From NCBI GenBank assembly GCA_964234715.1, contig OZ174279.1: a stretch of DNA of 64,000 bases, one strand, 5' to 3'. The translations under genes and the position numbers were made by a program. This document shows positions 1-13,700 of this stretch, piece after piece. Source of the DNA: Podarcis melisellensis. Lineage: Eukaryota. The notes under the pieces were generated by a model that was not told the DNA's origin, ran no database searches, and saw only the letters and a list, made by a program, of their open reading frames with translations. Numbering within the stretch: position 1 is the first letter of the stretch; every line of letters begins with the position of its first letter.

Positions 1-942
1 TGATGCAATCCAGTTGCTTTTAAAGCAAATACATTTGGAAACATGACCAATGAATCAGGAACAGAGAGAGAGCAAGGAGAGAGCAAATATACTCTGGGTA
101 ACAACATCAGGTTTTTTAAAATTCCTGTTTTGAATACTTTGCTTCTGATTGATTCAGATTGAACTTCAAACAATTTATTTTAACAGCCATTTTGAGATGG
201 CGTTATTCTCAGGTATCATAGCTGTTCTGTGCTGCCCTCAGAGAACTGAGATTCTTTCCTGCTTGAGTTCCTGACATGGGGAAAGTGAACTTATTTGCTA
301 GGCTGGGATCATGGCTGGGATCAGCTCCAGGTTTTAGGAAGTCCTTAGCATAAGTGTTCTCTGGTGAGCTATCTCCTCTGCCCATGGGCCCCGGTAGCTT
401 TACTTGGCCGTGGTGGCTTAACTACGAGAGGTGCTGAGCAGGTGGGTGTAATTACACTTTTAATTTCCCACAATACCCAAGAGTGTTGTTAAATCAGAGG
501 CATTGTGGGAAATTTAAAGAGTGTCTAGATCCAACTGTTTGGCCCTGTTTCCAGTGCTGTGAAATTTAAGGGTGGCAGGTCAGGAATCAACAATGGACCC
601 TGCCATGGTGCTAGGGCCCTGGTAGCTGTCCAGGGATTCCAGGTGTTAATGCCAGTTCTGTTTTCCTATACAGATAAGTGAGAACAATAGGGTACAAGAA
701 CCTTCCTCTAAGTCAGCTCAGCATGTGGGATGTATGGATAGATGAGGTAATACTAGCAATACTGTACTTCCAATATTGATGTTATCAGTCCTACTTGAGA
801 TGCTTATACCAATGGCTGGAAAAATTAGTGGCACTTTTGGTCACTCCTACTTTTGAAGCATTAGTCCATTGCCCTCCTGCATTTTTAATATAACCAGTTT
901 TCTCTTCAAAATGCACATAAATTAGCTGCATTTACAGACATA

Positions 943-1297
943 GGTAAAGGTAAAGGGACCCCTGACCATTAGGTCCAGTCGTGACCGACTCTGGAGTTGC
1001 GGCGCTCATCTCGCTTTATTGGCCGAGGGAGCTGGTGTACAGCTTCCGGGTCATGTGGCCAGCATGACTAAGCTGCTTCTGGCAAACCAGAGCAGTGCAC
1101 GGAAACACCATTTACCTTCCCGCCAGAGCGGTACCTATTTATCTACTTGCACTTTGAGGTGCTTTCAAACTGCTAGGTGGGCAGGAGCAGGGACCGAGCA
1201 ATGGGAGCTCACCCTGTCGCGGAGATTCGAACCGCCAACCTTCTGATCGTCAAGTCCTAGGTTCTGTGGTTTAACCCACAGCGCCACCCGTGTCCCT
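943..1297 (-). mobile_element. Sauria SINE, full length
   Basis: tRNA-derived head GGGACACGGGTGGCGCTGTGGGTTAAACC, B-box GGTTCGAATC, (ACCTTT)n tail. 13-bp TSD atttacagacata at 930-942 and 1298-1310. Confidence 0.92.
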
Positions 1298-1419
1298 ATT
1301 TACAGACATACTGGACAGATAAAAAATGTTTCGGATCTCAAAGTCCAAAACTTATTTGAAAGTCATCCTGAATGCAAAGTTGTTCTGCTCGTGTTGTTCT
1401 CTCAAAATACTAGAACCTG

Positions 1420-1595
1420 AAACTGAATGCTGGAGGGTTTGGGTCAGACAAAAGAAAGTACGTCTTCACACAATACATAGCTGAACTATGTAATTTGTTT
1501 CCCCATAGGAGGTCATGATGGCCAACCACCTGGATACCTTTAAAAGAGAATTGGACAAATTCATAGGGGTAATCCTATCAATGGCTATTAGCCTA
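1420..1595 (+). mobile_element. Old CR1-type 3' fragment (related fragments near 3390-3680 +, 8845-9170 -, 22370-22560 +, 23510-23745 +, 62840-62960 +)
   Basis: Recurring gacaaaagaaagtac..ttcacaca..tttaaaagagaattggacaaattcat..atcaatggcta motif. Confidence 0.6.
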
Positions 1596-4500
1596 TGGTA
1601 GTATTGAGGATGCATCACACAGCAGAATAAATCCAGCAGTATCACACTATTATTGTGTCAATAACATGTTACAGAATATTCCTGCCATAAACACCAATCT
1701 GGAGGGGCCTTCAGAAAATCAGGGTGGACTGATGAAAGTACGCATGACTCAGAGCAGGTCTGGGCATGATTCAGACTCAGGAAATTAATGGGATACAGGA
1801 TGCAGCATGTCTGTCAAATGAAGCATTCACTATGTCTGTCAAACCTGTGAAGGGATTCAGCCTAATGTAAAAGACAAGGCAGTGCATGGAGTAGGAGAAA
1901 TGAAGGAAGAAAACAGACAGGGACACAGAACACAGGAAAGCACAGCAAAGAAAGCAGGTCCAGTTATGGGTTGTTGACTTGTCAGACAGCAATCTCTTCT
2001 TGTTTTCTTTTAAACGGTCTGATTGACCGGTTGGAGCCATTTTGGCCAGGGTTGAGAAATGAGTCCCAGGTGAGCTTAACAGAAAACTAGCAGGGCAGAA
2101 GCAAAGAGGAATGATTCCTGTGCAAACATTTGCAGTCATCAGATTCAGGCCTCTGGTTTTAGGCAACAAAGGAAAGCACTCCAGTCTGGTCCTGTTTCTT
2201 TCACACCAAGTTAGCCAATGTTCAGTTGAACGAAACCATGATTAATAAGCATTAATTCAGGAACATTGCAGATAATGGCATTGATGCAGTTATTAAAACC
2301 GAGTAATAGTACTGAGTGGTATTTGCTCCCACCATCCATTCAGTGTAATAACATTATAGCCCTGTTGGTATTTAAAATTGAGACTGGACAGATTTGACAT
2401 TGCAGTCTGAGAATTTTGATCCTCCAGTGCTCTGGCTTTTCTCTTTGTGCTAATGCATGCCACATGAGAACATCCACTGTCATCTTGCTGCTATGAGGAG
2501 CAGAAGTAAACCACCTCCTTGTTAAGGGCTCTACAATCCATCACCCGTTTTTTTACGTTAACCTACCACATGTTCTTAGACTGTCATGAGCAATTTCTAG
2601 GTGAGTTAAAGACATTGCACAACCAACAAATGTAGCTGGCATTACCAAAGAAGACAATGTGACTATATACAGGTGGCACAATATATTCCTGAAGGCTACC
2701 TACTTGCTGAATCAACTGGAGATTTGCAGCCTTTAAATAACAAGTATGCTGTAATGCTGTGGCTAGGATAAACAGCACAGTGAAAGTGTTTTAATAAGAA
2801 ATTTTAGTCTTTCCAACTGCTTCAGGTCCTTCAGATGCTTTACCTCTGCAACCCTTACAAAAGTTCTGAAATATTGACCAGTGAAATATTGACCCCTATC
2901 TTGCAGATGTGAAGACTGTGGCTGAAAAACAGCTCTCTGTCTAAAGACATCCAGTGAGTTAATAGCTTAACTGAGATTTGAATTAGGGATATCCTAGGTG
3001 TTTATATTATCCTATATACTGATTGTATGGGTATGCATTGCACTGAATGAAGTATAGCTTTATTTTTATAATCATTCATAGGTTATTCAAGGAGTTTAAT
3101 GGGTTTTTGTGTTGCTATTGTAAGCCATCCTAGGAGTCCACTGGATCATAAGGCAAATTTCCATCTAAGCATTATTAATAACAGAGGGCAGGCTTCAACC
3201 AACAAGTCCTGCTAGTGGAAGCCTGTGCTACTGCAATGGGGATTCCCCCCCTTCTTCCACCTTGAGCCGCCTAAACCCCCAAAATTGGCTTCAGGGAGTC
3301 AGGAGAACACCCAGAACAGCGTGCAAGGGGAGGGGGCATCATTCCATCTGACAAAATGGAATTACCGCACTGCATTTCTCCATAATTCACACAAGGCATA
3401 AACTACGGAATTCATCCCCACAAGATGTAGTGATAGCCACCAATTTGGATGGTTTTAAAAGGGAATTAGACAAATTCATGGATGAAAACTGTGGCTACTA
3501 TCCACAATGGTTATGCTCTACTTCCACTGTCAGAGACAGTATGCCTAGGAATCACAGGTGGGGAGAGTATTGTTTGCATTCACGTCCTGTTTGTGGGTCC
3601 CCATGGGCATCTGCTGGCCCCTGTGAGAACAGAATGCTAAAATAGATGGGCCTCTGGCCTGATCCAGCACAGTTCTTAAAATCTTCCATCCTATATTATT
3701 GCTCCTCTCCTGACTCCCATTTAGACCACAGCGGCAGTGGCTGTTACTTGAGTGTTAGTAAGAGATCCTTACTAAGGCAAAGTACAGACTCAGCAACAGG
3801 TTGTGAGACACAGAAGCCTTCACACTCAGACTAGGTGACAGGAAAGATTAGACTAGCTGGGCTAGAAGCAGCTACGTAGTCCAAGATCAGGGCAAGGAGC
3901 TCAGAACATCATGGAAGCAATAGAACTGTCACCCACCTGCGATCTTCTAAAGATGGGCAAGCCAAGTTTACTTGAGAAACCCTTGTGCCTTGTGAGATAT
4001 GGAGACACTCACTTTGTCAGAACATGGGTGTATTGTCAGTAATGGGACCACTGCCCAGTCTTGGGCAACCAGGCTGTGCCCTCCCCTTCTTACTCTGGTT
4101 CCTCCACCCTAGCCATTGGTTGGTGCCCTCCCTGGATTCCACTGCTGTGCTCCTCCACAGAGGTGGGAAGAAGGGTGGTGGTAGTAGTCCTGTTTCCCCA
4201 CTCAGGGCAGTTATATCCTGGGAAATAGAAGTACCTGCTTCCTCCAGCTCTGTTCCCCGGTTTCAGCTCCTGACCTCACTGTCATTACCTTGCTCCTCCT
4301 CATCTGCCTCAGCCTGCCACCCAACACACCTGAGCCCAGTGATGCCTCTGGAATTATTACAGTCCCAGGTGGTCCCTTTTTAAATATGCCATTTCCAGCA
4401 TGAGGTATCCTGAGAGCACAGAACAACTATCTGGAGTAATTATGTGAGTGGCTCTATATGGAAAGATTACATGGGGGATTAGGCACCCATGCAATTTTTT

Positions 4501-4740
4501 CCAGAGCTGAACCAGTGAACAGCATCTAACAGAAATCCAGAATCCTCTTTGTGAATCCATGAGTGAAATGGTACAAACCCACCCATGTAATTCTCCTATT
4601 CAGAGTTGCCTGATGTTTTCTTTCAAAAACTATTTGTAGCCTAGTGCTGATTATCCTGGAAGCAGTCTTGTGTGCCTTAGGCTGGAGATGGACAATTATT
4701 TTATGAGAGCTGAAGGTGGAATGATAGAGCAATAATTGTG

Positions 4741-4758
4741 GTGTGTGTGTGTGTGTGT
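4741..4758. repeat. (GT)9 microsatellite
   Basis: Read directly. Confidence 0.9.
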
Positions 4759-5630
4759 ACATACCCATTCTTTTGTCTGTTCTCAACTCTGGTCATAAAA
4801 GGTCTTGTGGGTCTCCAAAGAAGACCATAAGTTTTGCAACCTATGAACAGAGATGACCATCGGATAAATATGACCACCAGAGATAACAATGGCTCTGTAA
4901 TACCACCTTCAACTGCCATCTCTCTCCAGCGTTAGTTTGAGTTTAAAGCTATGACGTCACTTGCATAACTGGATAATGTGCAATTGGGCTATGCAGAGCA
5001 TCTGCTTCTAGGAACTGGAATGTGGGAGTGGTGATTAATTTACCTCCATTTTTCATAAAATATCACAATATGGTTTTGATCATTTTAGCACTTGAGGCTG
5101 TACGTTTCAAATGACATGGTGCATATAGGAACTACAGGACTCTACTAGAAAGTAATGATGTCACAAATGTCCTCTCTAATTTTCTAATATTACAACATTA
5201 TTTCACTTTCCTTCTTTCTTTTTTTAAGCAACTGAAAATTATCTGTATCAGTCTTTGCTCTTTGGAAGAAAAATATTGGTCAACATTTCTGCTGTGAAGT
5301 TACAGCTGTAGAGTCCCCGTAGAAGACTTTATTCCTGTGCCTAAATGTTGTACTATTGCCTAATAGGTTTTGTTGGTGGCAGCTGTGCCCTTGAAGTGGT
5401 CTTGTTGTGCTTTTTCTTTTGATGAAATAAGCTAAGAATGGTAAAATGAGCCCAACGTGAATTTTCAGCATGATTTGTGACACATAAAAATAAAAGCAAA
5501 GGACAACTGCACAATCGGTTGGTAGATGGATAGATGTAGTTCTGTTTGGAAAAATAGAACCATCTACACACCATTAAATTGTATCGTATTGTTATGGGTC
5601 TTTTTAATTGACTTTGCTATGGCATGGTTA

Positions 5631-5939
5631 ACCTATCGATTCTTAAGGAAATCAGCCCTGAGTGCTCACTGAAAGGACAGATCCTGAAGCTGAGGCTCCA
5701 ATACTTTGGCCACCTCATGAGAAGAGAAGAATCCCTGGAAAAGACCCTGATGTTGGGAAAGATTGAGGGCACAAGGAGAAGGGGACGACAGAGGACGAGA
5801 TGGGTTGGACAGTGTTCTCAAAGCTACCAGCATGAGTTTAACCAAACTGCGGGAGGCAGTGGAAGACAGGAGTGCCTGGCGTGCTCTGGTCCATGGGGTC
5901 ACAAAGAGTTGGACACGACTAAACGACTAAACAACAACA
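5631..5939 (+). mobile_element. RTE-clade (BovB-like) LINE, 3' end
   Basis: Encodes SILKEISPECSLKGQILKLRLQYFGHLMRREESLEKTLMLGKIEGTRRRGRQRTRW, then a (CAA)n tail. 12-bp TSD atggcatggtta at 5619-5630 and 5940-5951. Confidence 0.92.
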
Positions 5940-7975
5940 ATGGCATGGTTAGAACTCTCCCATGGAATCCAAATGTTGAATTCAAATGCACTAGCAGTCC
6001 CTTGCTATAGTTCAGTTTACCCCTCATTGCCCCAGTACGTATTAGTTTTCACACTTTTCATCTGCAGTGAGGTGCCAATACTCATATCTTGTTAAAAATG
6101 CAATGGGTGCCAACGCATTTCTGGATTCATGCAAACTGGGTTTGTGCACCCATATGCATACTAATCTCTTTGATACAGTCTGATAAAATCACGGGTGAGA
6201 GAGAGTAACCAGGATAAGACAGGATGATAAAGTAGTCAGAGCCCACCCCAACACAGGAAATCAGCAAGATTTCTATGATGAATAGGCATTTGTGCAAAAC
6301 CAACTGTACATGGGGAAGGTGGAAGGAGGTATGTCAACGCTTCCAGTCATGAAGGGAAGACAGGAAAAGGAGGAGCATATGAAGCAAGTGGAAGCATCAG
6401 CCCTGCAGAATGTGCACATTGCTTCAATTGTTGAATTTGAATTGAATTTGCATTTTGCTTCAGCTCTTCAGCGATTTCCCTATTCACCTGTTTTTCTAAG
6501 TCTCCGTGTGCAATTAATGCCCTTAAGTTTAGAAACTGGCTTTCGATGCTTGGAAAAAATTCAAGTGTCAGTGTACCTGACGGCCAAACAAGACATATTT
6601 GTTCTGTAGGTTGCCATTGCATAGTTGCTTTTTTTCTGTAGCAAATAGCTGACATGCAGTGAAGGAGTGAGGGGCATGAGCTGGATTTGGACCATTGCGT
6701 GAGGCATTGGAGAGGACATTAACCCTTGGTCTAGATCAGAATTTCTCATCCTCCCTGAACCATGATCATTTGTACTCAATCGGTATTTGCTTTTTGCTGA
6801 GAAAATCGTAAGTTCCCTTCTAAACAAAAGCACAGGTCAAAAGCAAAACATCCTTTAAAGCGTCATTTTGTTTCCACAATCTCATATTCATATAATATAT
6901 GACCTCTATCAACTGCTCAAAGGAGAATGCTCCTCTGGAGACCTGTTATCTGCCCAGGTGAAAACCTGCTGTAATAACTCATTAGTACATAAGGAAACAT
7001 TACATTTGCAGTGATGCTTTTTCTCATTCTGACTGTAATAATATTTTCTAACCAGACAGCATTTTCTAGTGAATGGAAAGACAGAGGAGGGCAACATATC
7101 CTCTGCAAATTGCTGATACGATTGTAGGTTTCTTTGTGGGGGGGAATGGCAGGATTAAATGGCAAAAGTCAGCCCAATATGACAAAGAACTAGGAACTAG
7201 CACATTTCGTGCCTGGAAGTCTACTGTGTACAGCATTGTTTTATTTTTAAAAATAACCTGTATTCCCAGTGGTGAGAAAACTTTCCTCTTTTCCTTTTCA
7301 CATATTTTTCTTCCCATTTACAGAATTTAAAAAAACACCAAACATATCCATATCCATTTGACACAAAAATGAACCCCTCAGTCCCAGCTCAATTGCTGTA
7401 ATGCTATAAAAATTAAAGTCAGAAAGCATTTTGTTCTGAAATAACATGTAAGTACTAGTAAGTGAAAGGACACAATTCACTAGAGAGGACCTCCAAAATC
7501 AGATGACGGGGGGAAATGTTTTCATAGTGCAGAAACAAATTTCAAACAATTCATGTTCAATAAGCAAAATTGGTACAAAGTGCTCTCTTTTCTCTCTTTA
7601 CATATTTCCTCCTGTAAGCATATTATGTTATTTTCAGATGGCACGTTATATTGGGTAAGCCCAAGTGCATGTTTATTAATACAAAAGAAATGGGTGCAAT
7701 GATTTATCCCTCCTGTGAGGCTGAAAGCTTGCACAACAGCAGTGAATCGAAAGACCAATATCCATTTAGCAAAATGCACGTTGTTAAGATGTGATTTATT
7801 TATTTTTTGACAGTTCGGTTATTTTTTTCCTCTGTGCCCTGTAATTATAACCCTGGTTACCATATTGCTCCTAGCATTTTGGCTAGGTTTACATATATGT
7901 CCCCAGTTTTACTCTTCACAGCCCTTAAATATACAAAGCTTTTCTATGTATGAATATAACTCTGCACACTGGATC

Positions 7976-8118
7976 AGGGCTGTAGCTCAGCGGAAGGGCA
8001 CATGCATGTAGAGAGTCAAAGGTGAAACCCTGGCATCTTCAGCTGGGTGAGGAAGGACTGCTGCCTGAGACCCTGGAGAACACAATACCAAACTATGATG
8101 CTGCATAAGGAAGCTTCT
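7976..8118 (+). mobile_element. Old tRNA-derived SINE (relatives near 12510, 14635-14925, 25385-25525, 26880-27020)
   Basis: gggctgtagctcag A-box head, ccctggcatc, gagaccctggaga, ataaggaagcttc tail. Confidence 0.55.
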
Positions 8119-10371
8119 ACAATCCTGACCTAAGAGGCAGGTGGCATCAACAAGATGCTCAAACGTGGCCTGCTATGACATAACAATTCAATGTTGTGCA
8201 GTGCAACCTATTTTGCTTTAAAATGGGGAGGAAAGGGTGATTGTTCTGCTTGGCAAGCTGAAACGCTTGCAGATGGAACTAACCTTTGTAATAGTGCAGC
8301 AGTGAATTCCATCTATGGTGTTGAAACTTCAATGCACAGTGGACTGGTACACATGAACATGCAAAAGCCACACAGGAACCTGCAAATCCATTTGCTGGTT
8401 TCTGTTAGTCCACTGCAGCGGCACAGTCCAAGTCAGCAACGTTGCATCCACAGAGATAAAACACTGTGGCCTTCTGCCATAGAACACTGACAGGTGAGGA
8501 AATCTTTGTCTCTTCCAATGGTGAGCTTTAAAAGCCTGCTACGTTGTTTTAGGAAACGAATTAATTTAATACTTTCTTAGTTAAGGACTAAAATATTCTA
8601 TTTCCACCTACTAACAGACATGGTAAACATCATTGCTTATAATGAATGAGAGCTGCAGGAAAATATAGCCAAGTGAGCTTCTTTAACAGAATAAGCAAGG
8701 AGCCAATGAGGGTGTTTAAGAGTAAACATTGGTTGTATAGATAAAATACTGGTGGCTGGTCAAATAATAAACATTCTCATTTGCTGAAATCTGGAAGGTG
8801 TTTGTGTGTGATGACAATGGACTTGTATTTATTCATATTAAAGAATAAGAAGAGTCCTGCTAAGACCCAAACCCATCTGGTCCAGCATCCTATTCTCACA
8901 ATGGCCAATCAGATGCTAATGGAAAGACCAGGGTAGAACCTGAGTGCAACAATGCTCTGTCTACTTGGGATTCCCATCAAATAAATGGTCTCCAAAGGCA
9001 TACTCCCTAGTAACCACTGAGAGCCTTATCCATACATTTTTTCTAATCCACTTTTAAAGCCATTCAAGTTGGTGGCTGCCACTACATCTTGTAGGAGTGA
9101 GTTCCATAGTTTAAAATCTGCACTGAGAGAAAGAGCACTTTCTCTTGTCTCTCAGGAACCTTCCAACGTTCACCTCTACAATCTCCTTCTTGAGGTTTGA
9201 TGGTTTTGTGTGCATGCTCACCCATGTCCTTTACCAAGTTAAGACTATTGTACTAACGAATACTTAGTTTAACTGAAGTCAAATATTTGTCCTGCACTTG
9301 GACAAGTTTGTAGCCTGCCAGGTCCTTGTGTAAATGAGAGCCTCCAAAGAATGTTACATTGCCTATCTGAGACGTGTACAAAGTTTTGGATACATGCAAA
9401 TTCTTTCGCCATCCCAGCGTGGTTATCTAGCTTGAATCAACTCATTATGACAACTGAGTTATTCCACCTCCCATAAGTCAACATTCCATTTCCCAGTGAA
9501 TAATCACAATGCTTGAAAAATTGGCTTGGCACTTAAATGGGAGCATGTGACTACTTAATGCAATAGGTCTACAAACTGAGGCGTGAAAGCTGTGAGTCAC
9601 ACTGGTGGTGGTGTGTTAGGAATTCAAATTCCTCTGAGGGAGGAAGGAGGGCCTTGTGATTAAAGTGTTAGAAATGACTGTTTCTTCGGTGCAGTTTTAC
9701 CAGTTATCTGTGTGGCTTTTTCAGTGTTTATGCTGTGCTTTCTTCATGCCAAACTCCTGGTTAGAAGTAAGTATTGCAGGAATCCAACAGCTAATTTCCA
9801 AAGAAAAGTATGCTATGGCTCACAACTAGATTAGGCCATGTTCCCTCATTCTGGAAGGGTGTATTGTTGAAAGAGTAATGTTGCTGAAAGCAAAACAGGC
9901 ATTCTTTTTTGTTTCAGGACTGAGGCCTGGCATTCAAACCAGGGTCCGTGACTCAGCATTGGTGAGTCCCAGCTCTGAGGAAATCAGTGTAAGATACTCA
10001 GGGGGGAAATAGGTGGAAATAACTTCCTTGGCACATCATTGGCAGTTTCAGCCATAGTTTGCTTTCCCATCAGCAGAAGACTTCTAATGCTGCTATGAAA
10101 TGGAAGTAAGGGGTGTGGTGATAGATGGCAGCCATAGAAACATCAACACACACATACAAAAACCAATCCCCCTGACCACAATGAGCTTCAGTGTGTCCAC
10201 AGTCAGGTAACATACAATTTTATGCTGGATTTTCTTCCCTTATCAGATAGCCCACAGACTGAAAAATCTGAATTTACAGGAAGTGCCACTTGGATGGTTG
10301 GCAAGCAGGGAGAAGGGAGATAGACACTGTGTGTAATACTAGGGGCTGCATCCTTGCTCATTTGTCTTGCT

Positions 10372-10717
10372 ATAATAATTTATAATAATAATTTATTTAT
10401 TTTTCCACCCTCTCCATCTGGCTGGGTTTCCCCAGCCACTCTGGGCAGCTCCCAACAAATTAAAAGCATGATAAACCATCAAACATTAAAAACCTCCTGA
10501 ACAGGGCTGCCTTCAGATGTCTTCTAAAAGTCCAATAGTTGTTTATTTCCTTGACATCTGATGGGAGGGCATTGTACAGGGCGGGCGCCACTACCGAGAA
10601 GGACCTCTTCTTGGTTCCCTGTAACCTCACTTCTCACAGTGAGGGAACCGCCAGAAGGCCCTCAGCGCTGGACCTCAGTGTCTGGGCTGAACAATGGAGC
10701 TGGAGACACTCTTTCAG
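10372..10717 (-). mobile_element. L2-type LINE 3' fragment, same family as 14928
   Basis: Reverse-complement match to 15120-15460, including ccacccagagtggct and the (ATT)n tail. Confidence 0.82.
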
Positions 10718-13700
10718 GGGTACCCCCAACTACCCCGACCCAATGCCATCCTCCGCTCCTTAGACCTCACCAACCAACCCCCCACATTAAGATTCATCAA
10801 ACCCTTCAACTCCCCTTATACCTCAGCATCAGCACCATCATACCTGCCTCACACCAAAAATGTTTCAGCCTCGGGGTGAGGGCAAGGAGGAGGGAACTGG
10901 CAGGCTGATGCAGAACAGGATGGTTTCAGGGGAGTTGCCCCAACCTGTCCTAAAATTGTTCATCCACAGCTCACCTGGACTGCCCACCTGCTTCCATCTC
11001 TCTCCTCCGCTTCCATTGTGCCAGCCCTCAAGCACTGCTGAGGCCGAAGCAGCAGCATCAGTGTGAGGTGGGCAATGGCAGTGGCAGAACAGGATGGTTA
11101 CTGGGAAGTTGCCCCAGTCTGTCCTGACAGCTCCTCCTCATCTTGCCTGGGCTGTCCGCTTGCCTCCATCTCTTTTGTCTGCTTCCCTTCCCACCCTCCA
11201 GTGCTACTGTGATTGCCTTGCAGCTCTCAAAAGTCTGTAATCACAGTGCCACCTGTTGGAGGCCAAGTGAACTGCAGCGTGATGACAGCATTACGTTTTA
11301 GCTGTATATTAAGATATATAGTGCTGCATGCCACCCCAATCTCTGAGCGGTGCAAGATCCCAGGGGTTCTAGGGGTTCTCGGCTTTGTCTTTCTGCCTAC
11401 CAGCCTGTTGAGGGAGCAGGGTCCACCCATTTGCAGTATAACATAAAGCCACTTCCTTTGCTTCCTTTCATCAGGAAGCTAGCCTGGCTATTCCCCGAAT
11501 TAGAAGGGGGACCAAGCACACCCTAATGCCCCCCCCCAGCTCAAATCATAACAATAGGGTGGAATTGATGCAAAAGCACTGAACAAGGAATTCCACTTGC
11601 ACAGCAGGGCTTCCCTCCCATGTCCCCTGCATGCACACCCCAAATTGGCTGGGGGGGGGGGGGTCAGGAGAATTCCCAGAACACATGTCAGGGAGGGGAG
11701 GAGGATTGTTTCACCTGGCAAGCTGAAATGCCTGTGCAGGCAAAATGAGTGAAAGAGCACAATTTGACCCATAATTTTTACAGAAATGAATGAGGCCGGA
11801 AGAATGCATAGTTCTTGAATGAGGTAACTCAAATCTCTCTGGTTATTAATTTTCAGTCCATCTGTTCTTCTGCAGATGCTTCCTTAGCCTTCCCACTTGG
11901 TTAACTTTTATTCTCAGACCTCAGTGGCTTCATAGTTATCTCCCACTATGAAAGTTGCCCATATTGTTCCAAAGCCAAATTGAAAAGCAAAAAATGCATC
12001 TGTGGATTTTCTTCCAATCATGTAACCATTATAGGCAGGGAGGCTGCCTTGGGGAAGGATTTCACTAAATTCCAACTTCTCCAAACAAAGACTACGATGC
12101 TAGGAAAGACCAGTTATTTAAAACTAAATCCATTAACCTGTCACTTTGAATAATAGACACTGACTCTCTTACTGTATTTTATTTTATTTTTAATGTGCTA
12201 GAGCTTTTCACTTAAGAATGTTAATCATTAGCCATCTTTTTCTTACTCTGTCCTGCAGTGAAACTTATAATCCAAACCTTGTGATATCTCAAACATGCAA
12301 CTAATCTAGGCCTCCGTTTTGAAATGAAAGTCCAGCTTCACTATAGAATCAAAAGACTATTCAACAAACCCCCTCAGTTAGAAACAAGTTTGCAGTAAAA
12401 TCTGTCTCAATAAAGATACTTATTATGAGTAAGATATCTAAAGCCACAATTCTAGCTCCTTCAATTATCACTATTTTTGTGAATTTCAGGATTTGGGGAG
12501 TGAGTGCGCCTCATATTTGGAGCACATGCTCTGTATGCAGAAAGGCTCAGTTTCAATTGTTATCATCTCTAGTGAAAAAGGGTGACTGGAAAACCTCTGA
12601 GACCCTTGATTGCGGGAGATAAGAAACTAGTGCCTCTCTAGATGTCATTGGACTCCAGCTTGTGGTCAGCAGTCAGGGCTGATGAGAGTTAAGGCTGCAG
12701 CCATACTATAGCTTTAACACACATTTGAAGCATGCTTTCTGCCTCAAAGAATTTTGGGCACTGTGGTCCACCCCACGTAGAGCTATCATTCCCAGTGACT
12801 CAGAATTGTTTGAGGGGGGAAATGTGCTTTGACTGTACTTTAAAGGTTTGGTGTGTATGCAGCTGTAGTCTACAACATCTTGGTTGCAACAGGTTCCCCA
12901 ACCCTGCAGCAGAATCACTGCCACTCCCAGAAGGCAATGACAAGCTGGACAGACCATTTGCAAGTTTGATTAGTAACAGCTTCCCTTCGCTCATGCTTTT
13001 AAAATGTTATAAAGTATGTAGCTTACTAGCAGGCAGACTGGGTGGATAAAATAGTACAGGTGTCAAAGTAAGCAAATGCATTCTTCATTTAGCCTAATTT
13101 TAGAGTCTGCAACTCACCTAGGGATCCTTCATGAAGCTTAAAACCTGGAGGAGAGGCAGCTGTGACTTCTCCCACTTGTTTTCTCCACTGGTTCCTCAGT
13201 CCACCTGCTCTGCAGCACACCTGGAGTCCTGATTGCTATGTCAGCTGAGGAAGTGGAGGGGGAAGGGCCAGGTGGAAACGCGATGGAGGCAGTCGGGTGG
13301 GAGAAAACTGCTGCCACTGATTCATCTGCTGATTCAGTTCATTCAGAAGCAACCTGACAACCTGACAGCCATAAGCTATATAGTGCTTTAACCAGACTAG
13401 AAAGTTTCATGTCTCCAGCTATTGACATTTAGCTGCAGTACCAGAAGAATGCAGCTTATCCTGAGAACATTTTGATCGGATTCTTACTGACAGAAGAATT
13501 TTAGGTGTCAGGCATGCTGATTTGACGCAACCCATGATGGCAGTGTCTGTGCTGATGATCCCTGGCAGCTGAACTGACTAGTCCTGCCTTCCTTCATTTA
13601 CTGGAGCATTGTGCAGACCACTGTAAATCTTGGCAAGCAGGGGGAGAAAACACCTGTAGCAGCACCAAGAATAGGACCTCATACCTGCACAGGTATTAGT

